A stretch of DNA of 64,000 nucleotides. Origin: Octopus sinensis. Its lineage: Eukaryota. Within the stretch, counting starts at the first letter, position 1. Every line of letters begins with the position of its first letter. Made by a program: the position numbers and the translations under genes. The notes beneath the pieces were generated by a model, which was not told the origin of the DNA, searched no databases, and saw only the letters and a list, made by a program, of their open reading frames with translations. Below are positions 40,185-53,970 of this stretch, one piece after another. The stretch is from the NCBI RefSeq assembly GCF_006345805.1, contig NC_043000.1:155000001-155064000 (forward strand). The letters are read 5' to 3'.

Positions 40185-40392
40185 ATATGTTTGTGTGTCT
40201 GTGTTTGTACCCCCTAGCATTGCTTGACAACCGATGCTGGTGTGTTTACGTCCCCGTCACTTAGCGGTTCGGCAAAAGAGAGCGATAGAATAAGTACTGG
40301 GCTTACAAAGAATAAGTCCCGGGGTCGATTTGCTCGACTAAAGGCGGTGCTCCAGCATGGCTGCAGTCAAATGACTGAAACAAGTAAAAGAG
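39970..40392 (+). mobile_element. SINE family 2, full length
   Basis: Complete head, internal microsatellite and tail. Confidence 0.9.
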
Positions 40393-40936
40393 TAACGAAT
40401 ATTGGTTTCTTCCTTTTTGTTTCTATTAGTTTTATTAGTTCAGGATCGTCTCTTTTCTTGGCCAGAATTGATAATTAAACTAGTGATTATTTCTCCCCAT
40501 CGCGTGTGAAATTTTGAATTTAATAGTCTTTGGTTCAATGCATTAACTACGTTAGCACTTAGCGACTACTTCATCATTAGCTTGTATCTTGCACAGTAGA
40601 ACATACGGTTCTGATGCACATTGATAATAAAGATTCTGATTTTTCAACATAAGCACCCCAGGAGAAAAGAACACGCGATTCAATACCACAATAGATACAT
40701 TAAAAAAGTGGAAAATGACTTGTGACTTATTGAAACTTTAGTCTCATTTCAAGTATAAGACTATACTCATTTTTGTAAGTCAACATCTAGCAATGTACAA
40801 ACGAAGCAGAACAGCTAACCTTACTTTTTCCACTAATGTCTCTGAGGTAGAGATTGAACGTTGCAACCCATGATTTCCTCTCTCTTTTGTTCAGGTTTTC
40901 TTTGATTTATCTCAAATAGAAATATGTACCATTAGG

Positions 40937-41442
40937 AAGGCGGCGAGCTGGCAGAAACGTTAGCACGCCGGGCGAAATGCGTAGTCGTATTTCGTCCGCC
41001 ATTACGTTCTCAGTTCAAATTCCGCCGAGGTTGACTTTGCCTTTCATCCTTTGGGGGTCGATAAATTAAATACCAGTTATGCACTGGGGTCCATGTAATC
41101 GGCTTAATCCCTTTGTCTGTCTTTGTTTGTCTTCTCTGTGTGTAGCCCTTTGTAGGCAGTAAAGAAATAAGTATTTCGTCTGCTATTACGTTCTGAGTTC
41201 AAATTCCGGCGAGGTCGACTTTACCTTTCATCTTTTGGGATCGATAAATTAAGTACCAGTTACGCACTGGAGTCGATATAATCGACTTAATCCGTGTGTC
41301 TGTCCTTGTTTGTCCTCTCTGTGTTTAGCCCCTTGTGAGTAGTAAAGAAGTAGGTATTTCGTCTTTCCGGCTCGATAAATTAAGTACCAATTGCGTGCTG
41401 GGGTCCCCCAAAATTTCGGGCTTTGTGCCTAGACTAGAAAAG
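40937..41442 (+). mobile_element. SINE family 3 with internal tandem duplications and 16-bp TSD
   Basis: AATATGTACCATTAGG duplicated at 40921-40936 and 41443-41458. Confidence 0.92.
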
Positions 41443-41898
41443 AATATGTACCATTAGGTAAGTTCAGAAGGGTAAAAATTGTAACTGTGAATTTCCCCAA
41501 AAGGATTCCTAACTTAAATGAAATGAAATACTTCTAAAAGTGCTTCGAAATCAAGTTGCGATATCCATTTGTTAGATCGTTAGCTCTGTTATATTCTACT
41601 TGCTTATTGTACTTCACATAATTCTAAGCTTAGGGGTACTCTTTCAGAGGAAACGCGGAGAATGGCGATAATTACGCCATAATTATTATTATAAGTAAAA
41701 CTGGAAGATAATATATAATCTTATAGTATAAAAGACAAACGGATTTCTGTGTCTCTCTGTCCATCACATCTATAAAAGGGAGGGAAAAAAGGGAAAAATT
41801 AAAATATATCACAGTGTATTTTTAGAAAGGGAGATAAAAGTCGTTGATAGAGAAATAGAGAGTGAGAGATAAGAAGAAAGAAAGAAAGAAAGAGAGAG

Positions 41899-41929
<31 letters not shown>

Positions 41930-42156
41930 TACTGTGTGAAAGATGGATAGATAAGCAAATTGTAGTCAGCATCGTAACTAACAAGTTTTGAAAGATATAA
42001 TTATGTTTTTGGTTGTTTGTTTGTTCGTGTTTGTGTGTGTGTGTGTGTTTCTGTGTCTTTCAACATATAGAAAACGCACTACAGACTTTAAAAAAGACTT
42101 CTACTTTGAATAAAAGAAGGGGGGAGGTAAAAGATTGTCGTTGAGAGAGAAATACA

Positions 42157-42199
<43 letters not shown>

Positions 42200-42569
42200 A
42201 AGAGTGTGAGTGTGTGTGAAAGATAGATAGGTATTATTGTCACCATAGTAGCTAATAGGATTTGACTTAAAATGCGGTAATACAATGGAACACAAACTTA
42301 AAAAACAACTATGTTATATAGATATATATAGTGGCTCTTAATTTTGTTTCTGTGTGTATTGTGTGTGGGTTTCTGTATATCTTTCAGCAAAGCAACATAG
42401 ACTTCAAAAAATAATTAATGTATGTATGTATATGTCATTGTTCAGTGATACTTCAAGATTTCTTGGCTTTAGAGAAAGGGCCGGTTTCTAAACAAGATTC
42501 AAGGCCCCTTCATTAGAATTTCAGCATCAACAACAGGGTATTTGTGTATGTATGTATAAATGTATGTAC

Positions 42570-42628
<59 letters not shown>

Positions 42629-42649
42629 CACACACACCACACACACGCC

Positions 42650-42680
<31 letters not shown>

Positions 42681-42722
42681 GTATATAGATAAGAAAGTTT
42701 GTTTAGTAAAGCACGTGGGTGA

Positions 42723-43394
42723 ATATATAAGAAAATAGTAAAGTGTGAAAAAACGACAGAAGGCTTAAATGTTAAAAAATATATATATTGTGTCAAAATG
42801 TCTGGAGAATATTGGAAAAATTTTTTCCTTTCCTTAAAATGACATAATTTTAAAATTTTTAAAGAAATTACCGGTTTCGCGTGTGTAGCTTTTCAAATTT
42901 CTTGTGACGTTATGTTTATATTGTATGGAATTATCATTGTTTTTATTTCCAGGAGATTCTAAATAAGGGGAGGTAGTGAGTGATTTTTTCCGGTGTAGGG
43001 GAGATAATCGCTTAAAAAATTTTTTTTCCCATTTCCTTGTTAATTTCTCTGTGTCAGTATGTCGGATGGTTGAGTCTGGGTTTGTACTTTTCAATGAAGA
43101 ATGTTTCCTTGTTCAGTCTCATTTGTGTTGATGATCCGAAAGCACATTGTAAAATGGGAAGATTAAAAATTGTGGCAGTAGTTGCTTTGCGCATTTCTCG
43201 ATGTGCTCACTAAAAGGTATCATTCTATATTCTGGGAATGCAATCTGTTGTCGATGCAGTGTGCATCTGCGCCTGAGTGATAGTCCCGTGGAACCCACGT
43301 AGTCTTGGTGGCAGCCCGAGCATTTAATAACATAAATTATGTTTTCAGAGGCACAAGTAAAGTTAGATTTGATCTTAAATTTCTGTCCCTCTTT
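42723..43394 (-). repeat. 672-bp inverted pseudo-LTR of the PLE
   Basis: Near-identical to 45165-45836. The differences I saw are small indels. Confidence 0.92.
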
Positions 43395-45520
43395 TGCAGA
43401 AAATTAAGACTAGCAGAAGCATCAAACAGTTTCAATACTGAAGATGAATCACTTGTCAAGAACAAAAGTGAACACATCCCACACAGAGGAAGAAATAAAG
43501 ATCTTGACGAATTCTGTAACCACATTGAGAACTTCCCCTACCATACTATATAAACAGAAAGCTAACCCAAATTTTAACAATACACAATGGAAAGAACTGA
43601 TAGAACTCCAAAATGATGAATATAACCATTAAGGAAGCGGACAAGGGAAATGCAGTTGTAATAATGGATACATCATACTACAGAAATCTTGTAATTTCCT
43701 TGCTTGATGAAGACCTACATTATGAAAAAATTACCAACTACACCCCACAAAAAAATGAAAACTCTATCTTCACTAATTAAAACCCATGAAAAGGAACTGA
43801 CAACCAAAGAGATTGATTTCCTAACAAACTTTAAATGCAAACCTAACCTTTTCTATGGTCTGCCAAAAATTCATAAAAGTCAAATTATAAATGAAACCAT
43901 TAAAAAATCACCAAAGACATACATACACACACCTAATCCGGGGGACCTAAAACTACGACCCATTGTAGCTGGCCCAACCTGTGAAACACCAGACTAAGTC
44001 TACTTATGGACATCCTCTTGAAACCCTTCCTTAAACATATCGATAGCCATATCAGAGATGACTTAGATATGTTAAACCACCTTCCAAAAAAAACCAAGGA
44101 AGAAACAATCCTGGGTTCATTTGATGTAGTCAACTTGTATACCAGTATACCTCATAATTATGGACTGGAGGCAATACAATTCTGGTTAGACCAATTTCCG
44201 GAAGAAATACCAAAAAGGATCAGTAAGGAATTCATTACTAAATCAATTGAATCATCCTACACAATAACCACTTCATGTTTGACAATACATTTTACCGTCA
44301 AAAATCCGGAATTGCTATGGGTACAAGGGCAGCACCAGTCATTGCGAACTTAACAATGGGATACATGGAAATAATCATTTACAGGAATCTCTATCAATCT
44401 TTGGAAACTCCCTCTCTCAATACATAAAAGAGAATTGGAAACGATTCCTAGACGATTGTTTCATTCTCTGAATGAAAACATAGATAAACTCCTAAAATTT
44501 AAAAACCTATTGAACAGCATAAACCCAAATATACAGTTCACAATGGAATACAACCAAAAGGAGCTCCCGTTCTTGGATATACTAATAAAAAAATTAACCT
44601 TAAAATAGAAACAGACATTTTTTACAAAGCCACAGACGCAAACAATACCTTCTTTTTATTCATGCCACCCAAGACACACTAAAACAAACATCCCCTTCAA
44701 CCTTGCCAAGAAGGATATGCGCACAATAGTGTCAGAACAAAATACCAGGAACTTTAGACTGCAAGAACTCAAAAAACCCCTAATTGACAGACATTACCCA
44801 GCTCAACTCATAGAGGATGGGATCAGACGTGCAACAGAAATCAACATAGAAACTTTAAGAAAAGTTCAACACAACAACACACCTTCCCCGAAAATACTAC
44901 CTTACATATCTACAATACAACCCCAGAAACAAGAAGCCTTCACCATCATCACCCAGAATTTACCAATACTTCATAAAAACCCAAAATTAAAGAAAATTCT
45001 AAACATACACCAAATCATTAAAAGCTACAAACAGCCTAAATCACTTAAAAAGATTCTCACAAAGGCAAAATTGTCTTCTAAATTACGGATGCAAAAGTTA
45101 AAAAATGTGGTAGATCGAACTGTGCAACATGTCCTAACCTATTGAAGGATCAGAATTCTTCTTTAAAGAGGGACAGAAATTTAAGATCAAATCTAACTTA
45201 CTTGTGCCTCTGAAAACATAATTTATGTTATTAAATGCTCGGGCTGCCACCAAGACTACGTGGGTTCCACGGGACTATCACTCAGGCGCAGATGCACACT
45301 GCATCGACAACAGATTGCATTCCCAGAATATAGAATGATACCTTTTAGTGAGCACATCGAGAAATGCGCAAAGCAACTACTGCCACAATTTTTAATCTTC
45401 CCATTTTACCAATGTGCTTTCGGATCATCAACACAAATGAGACTGAACAAGGAAACATTCTTCATTGAAAAGTACAAACCCAGACTCAACCATCCGAACA
45501 TACTGACACAGAGAAATTAA
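43395..45520 (+). pseudogene. PLE reverse transcriptase/GIY-YIG ORF, 5'-truncated and frameshifted
   Basis: Motifs KEADKGNAVV, FYGLPKIHK, LRPIVAG, SFDVVNLYTSIP, GIAMGT, RFLDDCF, PFLDI. Cys-rich linker CGRSNCATC, then NIIYVIKCSGC..YVGST. Confidence 0.9.
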
Positions 45521-45829
45521 CAAGGAAATGGGAAAAAAAATTTTTTAAGCGATTATCTCCCCTACACCGGAAAAAAATCACTCACTACCTCCCCTTATTT
45601 AGAAATCTCTGGAAATAAAAACAATGATAATTCCATACAATATAAACATAACGTCACAAGAAATTTGAAAAGCTACACGCGAAACCGGTAATTTCTTTAA
45701 AAATTTTAAAATTATGTCATTTTAAGGAAAGGAAAAAAATTTTTCCAATATTCTCCAGACATTTTGACACAAATATATATTTTTTAACATTTAAGCCTTC
45801 TGTCGTTTTTTCACACTTTACTATTTTCT

Positions 45830-45885
<56 letters not shown>

Positions 45886-46475
45886 CATATTCTGTTGTGT
45901 CTAGAAAGAGTCATTCATAGAGATATGTGCGCATACACATATATGTATGTATGTATGTGTGCATGCATACATACATACATGTGTATGCGTACACACACAA
46001 GCACACAAACAAACAAAAAGAATGCAGTTTAAATAACGGACAGAGTCAACAACTATAGAAAAAGTTGCAAGACAAAATGAAAATTTAGAAAAATAAATAA
46101 GGAAATGAGTGGAAATTTTACCGGTGAGTGTGTTGAATTATAAGACACTAAAAGAGAACGACTCTCCCTAGACATAACAGAATATGCTTCAACACACGCA
46201 CTCACATAAAGAATCTTGCGAACCAAATCCAAACACGAAATATATATAGTGATGGTTTGTTGCCAACTTAATGTGGCACTCCCAAGAAAGGGGAGAATGC
46301 TATTGTTATTTAGCCCCAGGAAATATAATTTCTAGTTGGCTATGTGACATAAGCGTTCTGTGTCCTTAATTTATCAAACAAGCGAGATAAGCACCTCCAC
46401 CCAGCACAGCTAGCATCCAGAAATTAGTTTCGGAGTTATTGCTCTTCATCATTCTGGAGTAGCTTGGCTTGCTAG

Positions 46476-46579
46476 CTGTCGACGCTTATTCGCCTTTGAA
46501 ATCGTATAGAATTTCAAGCGAAATAAATTCACTGATCTACAAAATTTATAAGTTTTCAAAGGCGAATAAGCATCGACAG
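46476..46579. other. 104-bp hairpin (26-bp stem, one mismatch)
   Basis: CTGTCGACGCTTATTCGCCTTTGAAA / TTTCAAAGGCGAATAAGCATCGACAG. Confidence 0.8.
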
Positions 46580-47302
46580 TCACATTAAATTGGCAACAAA
46601 TCATCATTCTATCGTGATGTATAAGTCTCTCAGAGATTAAGAAGTGCAATATTTCGATATATATATATATGTATTTATTTATTTATTTATTACATTATAA
46701 AATAAGACCAGGAAAATCACATCAAAAAAATCATCAGAGAAGATATACGTCCAAAATAACATTGTAATAAAGACAGATGTATAGATATATAAAGTATGAT
46801 TATTTAAAAAGTTTCAAATATCTTACGATCGTTTCATGAATATATTACCCTTCGAAACGCAATCTAAAATTGATAATCATTATTAGGTACTGCATCCACT
46901 CGCCAGAGAGAAGGAGTGTGAATTTCCGTGTAGTCAATCTAATGCTATTTAAAAATATATAAAAAAAAGATTTTTAAAGATGTTTAAAAAGTTACTGGCA
47001 TAGATATGCGTTTGTGCAATTTTGTGCAAAAAATCTTGAAAAAATAATATCTATGGTAAAATCCTCTGCGGTAATCCATAATGGCTGTATGCAAATATAA
47101 ATCCCATAATTCTCTTCTCTTCAATGTGTGATCCATAAATGCAGAAAATAAAAGCAGTTATATTTTTGCCTTTTATAGTTGTATATACAGTATCACCCTT
47201 ATTAAATGTATAAATACCTTTAATGTTTTAGACGTTTCCCTACCAAGAGGGCACTTATTAGAAATTCAGTATATTGTATTCTCATTGAATGTATTTGATT
47301 AA

Positions 47303-47356
<54 letters not shown>

Positions 47357-47366
47357 TATATATATC

Positions 47367-47402
<36 letters not shown>

Positions 47403-47464
47403 GTCAATCCAAACAAGAACAAGCCAGAAAAATAACAACGCGAGGACGTGGTACAAGTACTGCG

Positions 47465-47966
47465 TTAAGGAATAAACATTTAAGGAGAAAAAAAATTGAA
47501 GAGAAAAAGATGCAAATAAAAATTACGAATAACGAATTGCAAATAAATAAATACGAAATAAAAATAAAATAATAATGATGAAATAATAATGAAATAAAAA
47601 TAGAGACGAAAATAAAGCGAGTGTTAACTTATCTTTTCTTTCCTCGGCGAAAATTAGACAAATAAGGTAAAATCCGCGTTTGACAATACCTATGTTTAGG
47701 AGGTACTACAAATAAATAAATGTGTCAGAAAGTTCTACTGGTGTATCTATTCCTTTGTATAGTACTGTCAGGAGAACCGGAAATAAATGCATCACGGAAA
47801 GAAGTCACTTTTATTTTCGTCTCTATTTTTATTTCATTATTATTTCATCATTATTATTTCATTTTTATTTCGTATTTGTTTATTCGCAATTCTTTATTCG
47901 TTATTCGTAACTTTTACTCGTATTTTTTTCTCTTCAAATGTTTTTCCATAAATGTTTATTCCTTAA
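47465..47966. repeat. Imperfect ~155-bp inverted repeat with 190-bp spacer
   Basis: A-rich arm 47465-47617 pairs with T-rich arm 47808-47966. Confidence 0.75.
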
Positions 47967-48466
47967 ATTTTTACTCCTTAAATTTTTAATATTCACTTAT
48001 TATTTTAATTTATTATTTGTATTTCTATTCATTTGTATATGTTAAGTAAGATTATATTGAAGATATAGAGTATGATGGAGGTATATAAGAGGTTGGGGTA
48101 GTGAAAAATGCTGAGGAATCCAGACCTGAAGATTGGGAGTATGTCGACCCGATTAAGTATTGAAACTAGATACCTCGTATCTAATCAATGCCGACGTACT
48201 TTCATGAAACACGTGTAGTCTTATAAACGGAACATACAAGATTCAGAATAGATATAGTTAGTATAAGATTTAATATTTAACATTTTATGGAATGGTCGAG
48301 TATAAAATCTTTCAGTGTTGATTGAGTTGAAGGTGGTTCTGTCTCTAAAACATTGAGAGATGTTCATTTTAGTACATCTAATTTGAATGTCTTTTCCTGT
48401 GTACTCGGAAGTAATATTCCCTAATAATAATAATAATAATATAATAATAATAATAAAATAATAATA

Positions 48467-48499
<33 letters not shown>

Positions 48500-48505
48500 A
48501 TATTA

Positions 48506-48620
48506 TAGTGGGATCTTGGCAAGTGTCTTCTACTACAGCCTCAGGCCGACCGAAGCCTTGTGAGTGGATTTGGTAGACGGAAACTGAAAGAAGTCTATCG
48601 AGTATATATACATATATTAT

Positions 48621-48668
<48 letters not shown>

Positions 48669-48776
48669 GGATCTTGGGCAAGTGTCTTCTACTACAGCCT
48701 CAGGCCGACCGAAGCCTTGTGAGTGGATTTGGTAGACGGAAACTGAAAGAAGTCTATCGAGTATATATACATATAT

Positions 48777-48859
<83 letters not shown>

Positions 48860-49010
48860 TATGTGTCCCACCCACCACCAGCGCTTGACAACCGTGTGTT
48901 TATGTCCCCATAACGGCAAATGATACCGATAGAATAAGTACTAGGCTCACAAAGAATAAGTACTGGGGTTGATTTCTTCGACTAAAACCTTTTAAGGCGG
49001 TACTCCAGTA
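48506..49010 (+). mobile_element. SINE family 2 fragment with a tandemly duplicated segment
   Basis: TAGTGGGATCTT..GAAGTCTATCGAGTATATATAC occurs twice, separated by (TA)n. Confidence 0.8.
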
Positions 49011-51777
49011 TGAAGCTCCGCTTTAAATATGTAAAAATATAAAAGATTATATAAGATGCCTAATCATATTTTCTTATCTTATGTTCGACATACATGAGAA
49101 CTTTATTCTGAATTTAACATGTCTGTTCTGTAAGCTTTAACCTGCATACATTTGTAAAGTAAAACGGTATCGAGGCGGAAAACAATTATTTCAGATGGAT
49201 ATCAAAAATAAACAGGAACTTGTTTAATCTTCGGTGTTCACTTCATAAAACGTCATATATATGTCAGAAATGTGTGTAAACTGCTTCGTTAACGTCTTTT
49301 CCAAAAAGGTTTCATCGCATCTGTCTGACGAATGGGAACCTGAAACTCTGAGTAACAGTCTTTGTAATAATTCTGCAGCTTTAATAAAAGCATATTACCC
49401 AATCTTTGACATTCGAGTACTATTTTTTCCACCTCATTTTTCACTTATGTGCTCACCTGTGTGTGTATGCGTGTGTGTGTGTGTATGTATTTCTGGCTTT
49501 TGGCGAGCTAAATTGTCTCATAGCAAAATATTAGAAATCTCTTAAGGCAGCAAAATAGTTCCAGACCATCTTCATCCAAGTGGTCCAAAATAGTTCTGGA
49601 TCATCTTGATCCAAGTGGTCTGTGATCAAAGGCACTCTCTTCGTGACCATATTTCTTTTTCCTTTTTGTCAATGTATCTTGGATACGTATATTCATTATT
49701 GAATATGTCGTTACTATTTTAAGACCCTAGGGAATGATTTGAGGTAACTTTGGCTGTGATTACTAGCTCTCAAACGATGACTAAATACTACCTTGTTGGC
49801 TCGTTTTTTCCTTCGTGTGATAATCAATAATATAGAATTTTGTAGAGAATACATGATATTCTCATTGAGTGAATTTTTTCATGTGCATTCGTATTTACAT
49901 AATCAGTTACTCATTATATTTACATAGATGAGTGTACGCACACATGCTGTGAAAAAGTGTCAGTGACCTGACTGTAGATGGAAGTCGAATTGGTTAGATA
50001 TTTCCTTGTATATGATTTTATTACAAAATTAAAACAAAAGTGAATGTATATGTTTTAAATCGCTGTCACGAGTCTTACACGATGTATTCTGGTTAGGATT
50101 AAATTCTCTCAACGTTTATTTCAATATGTAGATCAAAGAATTGTAGCCATGCGTAAATTAAAATTCGAAATACACAGGAGTTACATAAAAATAGAGAACA
50201 GGTCGAAAATTGTCCCCAGAAGAATATATTTTCTTAAATAAGCTGTCAGTTATTAGTGTTTAGCCCAGGACGGCCCTAACCAAACATACATACTAACAAA
50301 AACAATTCTTCTGGCCTACATTATGAAATGTGTAATTTAAAATGGGTTGCATATGTCTGGTATTTCTTTGAAACCGGTGAAAAGTCTCGATCAAGTGCTA
50401 CATGTTCATTTATCAGAAGATACGATTTAGTTTCAATACTCAGAAACATATATGTATGTATATAATATTTTTACAATTCAAAACCATGCGCATTGTAACG
50501 ATCTAGGTCAATCAATGTTCTGTTTACACAGGATTATATTCCAACATCAATAACTAGAGAAATATCCGTAATATTACTCGCAATTCTCAAAAAATCCTTC
50601 AAATATATGTTGGTTTCGATTCAGAGCATTCTCTCGGAGCACTTATCATTCTATTTATCGAGTTAATCCGATTAACAAATTCACCTATTAATTCTTGCCT
50701 TCACTATTCCAAGTTTGATGGCTAATTTTGAGGTCATTAACTTAAGAATCAGAGATTTGTTCAGGATTATTCGTTTAAAGCTTCATATAATGAATTATCC
50801 TCGTGGGAAAAATTAATCTAACTTCACGCTAGGATTAAATATTATATTTCAAGTTACAAGAAATATGAAATTAACAAGCTGTTTTTTAGTTTCCTTTTTA
50901 TTTAATACAAGGAAATTTTCCTGTTCAGTCATACAAGCAGAGTAACATCAACCTAATTAGACATTTAGAAGAGACCATATGTATACTTTTAAAACATTAT
51001 TCTTTGACTGTTATAATGGATAAGGGAGCTGCTAAAAGTACTGTTACATTTTAAGAGTACATATTCCTTAGTTATATCTAAGTGCACCATCTGACATCTA
51101 ATGGAATACTTGTGGTTAAAGAGTAATTACCTTTACGTACGAGTTGAGATGATGATTGCTTTTTTCATTTCGTTTCTTCAGCTATATGTTATATATAATG
51201 TTAAATTGATATTTTGAAATACTATACACATTTCACAGAGAAATTTCACTTTAATAAGATATAATGTAATTAGTGACTGCAGTGGAGTTGAGAGAAATTC
51301 ACATTAACACCCGATTGCAACTATTTTATCTTTCGTGAGATCGCTTGAACGTTTCAACCTCTTTTTCTTCATATAGTACATAAAAAAGACTTGTAACTAT
51401 CGCCGAGAAGGGTGTCGGCATTTACAAATACATAAGCAGGAAATACAGACATTTGGCATTCAAAATTTTTACTTTACCAATCTATTAAATATATAGTAAA
51501 ACAACGAGGGAATCTCTCTGTGGTCGCTCTACTAGCAACAAATAACTGCTACGTTTCCCTCTAAATACACTCTAAAATCTCAGAAAAGAAGGAAACGCCG
51601 TAAATGTATTCTTAGTCGTATGAACATCACAACAGAAACAGCTCAGAGCATAGGTGTCTTCAAGCAATGCTGACCTGGAACTAAACAAGAGCAAAAGATA
51701 TCAATTTTCATTTTATAATTTATATCCACATTAATATTTTTGCTCTAAAATAATTTCTCTCTATATGTATATATTTC

Positions 51778-51935
51778 AAGGCCTGCATCGACCCCCAGTG
51801 CTCAGCTGGTACTCATTTTATTGACCCCAAGAGGATGACAGGCAGAATCGAACTCTGTGAAAACTGAACTCAGAACATAAAGACGGACGAAATACCGCTA
51901 AGTTTGGTTGCCCGGCGTGCTAACGATTCTGCCAG
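51778..51935 (-). mobile_element. SINE family 3 fragment
   Basis: Reverse complement of GCTGGCAGAATCGTTAGCACGCCGGGC..TTCTGAGTTC. Confidence 0.7.
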
Positions 51936-52991
51936 CTTTATATATTCTTTATATATCTAGATATTATATATGGTTGATTTTACAAACTAAATTACACAAC
52001 ATTGATTGTCTTGTGTATAATGTTTAAGAATAACAGCCGTTAAGTCATAAGATTAACAAAAGAGTATACAACTCGTTGTGTATTTGAGGGCAGACAATAC
52101 ATCAAAGATAAGATATTTCTTTCTAGATTATTCCTTGAACGTTCAACCAAAGTAATTCCCATAACATTTACTTGGGTTATTTTAAAACTGAACAAAGTGT
52201 TCTCCTTTTGCTGAAGTAAATAAAATAAAATCCTCTGGATGTATTCCGTAACATATTAATATTCTCTACAAAGGAATAGTTTCATATTGTATTTTGCATA
52301 AACAGTATCAGCCAAGAAGAAAGAACCAATCCTTATATAATCGTTATAGTTTGAGTGAAAACACCTAAAGTCCTGGGAATTATTTCGCTACCAGTGAAAC
52401 GATTTCCTATGAAAGTATGAATCAGAGTTGTTAGTCTACTGACATATTCAAACATGTAATGTATATGTTCATATATTGGAAAATTACAAGTATAGCGCAG
52501 GTCCCGTCATGTCTATGCGTCGATAGTTTAAAAAACAAAAATGTATGACATCGATCCAATATTTTTCTTCCTCGTTTTCATTTTCTAATCAATGATAGAT
52601 TGGTAACGGATCAACATTTCCCATCAAATAAACAAAAGATAGAAAACATAAATCAAGAAAACAAAAGCTCTTTAATAATTCGGCCCGGTGGTTAGCATTA
52701 GCAACTTGTCAGTTTTGCCAGTATCGATATTGGTTCAATATGCTTATTTCCGGGTGTTGTAGCTCGTAGCTTTATCTTTCTCATCTATATTCTCTGTACC
52801 CACCTCTTGATAGACATTGCTCTCTTTCTCTACGATTAGTTTTTTTCTACAATAACGGCTTTTTTAATAGATGAAAATAAAAAAAGTAGAAGAATAAGAT
52901 ATAAAACAACATCTTGAAATGGTAGATGGTATATACGTAATATACTCATCAAATCAACTATTATCTATGCAATGCAATTAACTTTCCCCTA

Positions 52992-53042
<51 letters not shown>

Positions 53043-53932
53043 TCCTACTTACATATATACATACATACAAACACGTACGCACTCTCTCTCTCTCCCCCTC
53101 TCTCTCTCTCCCCCCTCTCTCTCTCTCACACACACATATCAAGCGATGTCTTGTACCAAGGCGGAAAGTAGCTTTAGCATAACCTCGGAAGTATTACATA
53201 ATTTTAAAGGAACATTTTCTCTCACTTCATAAAATAAACTCACTTGAACAAATCAAAATAAGCGAAAGGCATACACATGCCACTTTATGCCCTCATCCTG
53301 CCCTTAACCTGAAAGCAAGTCTCTGCATTCGTTCTATATGATGAGTGCTTTAATTTGATTTAAGCTTAAAGAGTTATATTGATGGTTGGCTTTGCATGCA
53401 GTGAATCGAATGTTTTTAACATTTGGAGCAGACACATCTATAAATACGCAGATCGTTGTAGGTTACCAGAGATACTTTCTGTATATATTTACACACAAAA
53501 TCTGAAACTCTGACTCACTCTCACACACCTGTCATACCAGTATAACTAAAGAAAGCAATATTCAAGCAAATTCGCATGATATTTCCAATCTCCCGCTCTG
53601 TTGTCCGCGCTCTTACTTTCATTTTCTCTCTCTTCATGTATGTATGTATGTATGTATGTATGTATGTATGTATGTATGTATGTATGTATGTATGTATGTA
53701 TGTATGTATGAATGTATGTATGAATGTATGTATATATCTATCAGTCTGTGTGTGTGTGTGTGTGTATACTTACAGACACACACAGACGCACACACATACT
53801 TGTATGAGAGAAACAAGGATAAAGACAAAAATGAGAGAAGGATGCATAAATGTGTATATTATTTTTTTTTCTCTCCTTTTTTTTTCTCTCCTTTTTTTTT
53901 CTCTCCTTCTTTCTGTGTTTCCTCTCTGTGTA

Positions 53933-53970
53933 TCTTTCTGTTGAAGAGCGTAGGCTCGAAACGTTAAAGA
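53933..53970 (+). ncRNA. Minimal type I hammerhead-like motif, A6U core variant, in a probable solo PLE terminus
   Basis: Stem I TCTTT/AAAGA, core CTGTTGA plus A, stem II GAGC-GTAG-GCTC, GAAA, palindromic ACGT, triplet GUU. The flank runs into (TA)n near 54070. Confidence 0.6.

Larger units (their letters stand above)
42688..45836 (+). mobile_element. Penelope-like retroelement (RT + GIY-YIG) with inverted 3'-end copy at its 5' side
   Basis: 42723-43394 is the reverse complement of 45165-45836. Both ends abut (TA)n. RT and endonuclease motifs lie between. Confidence 0.92.

Noticed and set aside
41800-42400. Old ~330-bp tandem duplication rich in GA/GT repeats
   Set aside because: Low complexity and highly diverged, with no sign of function.
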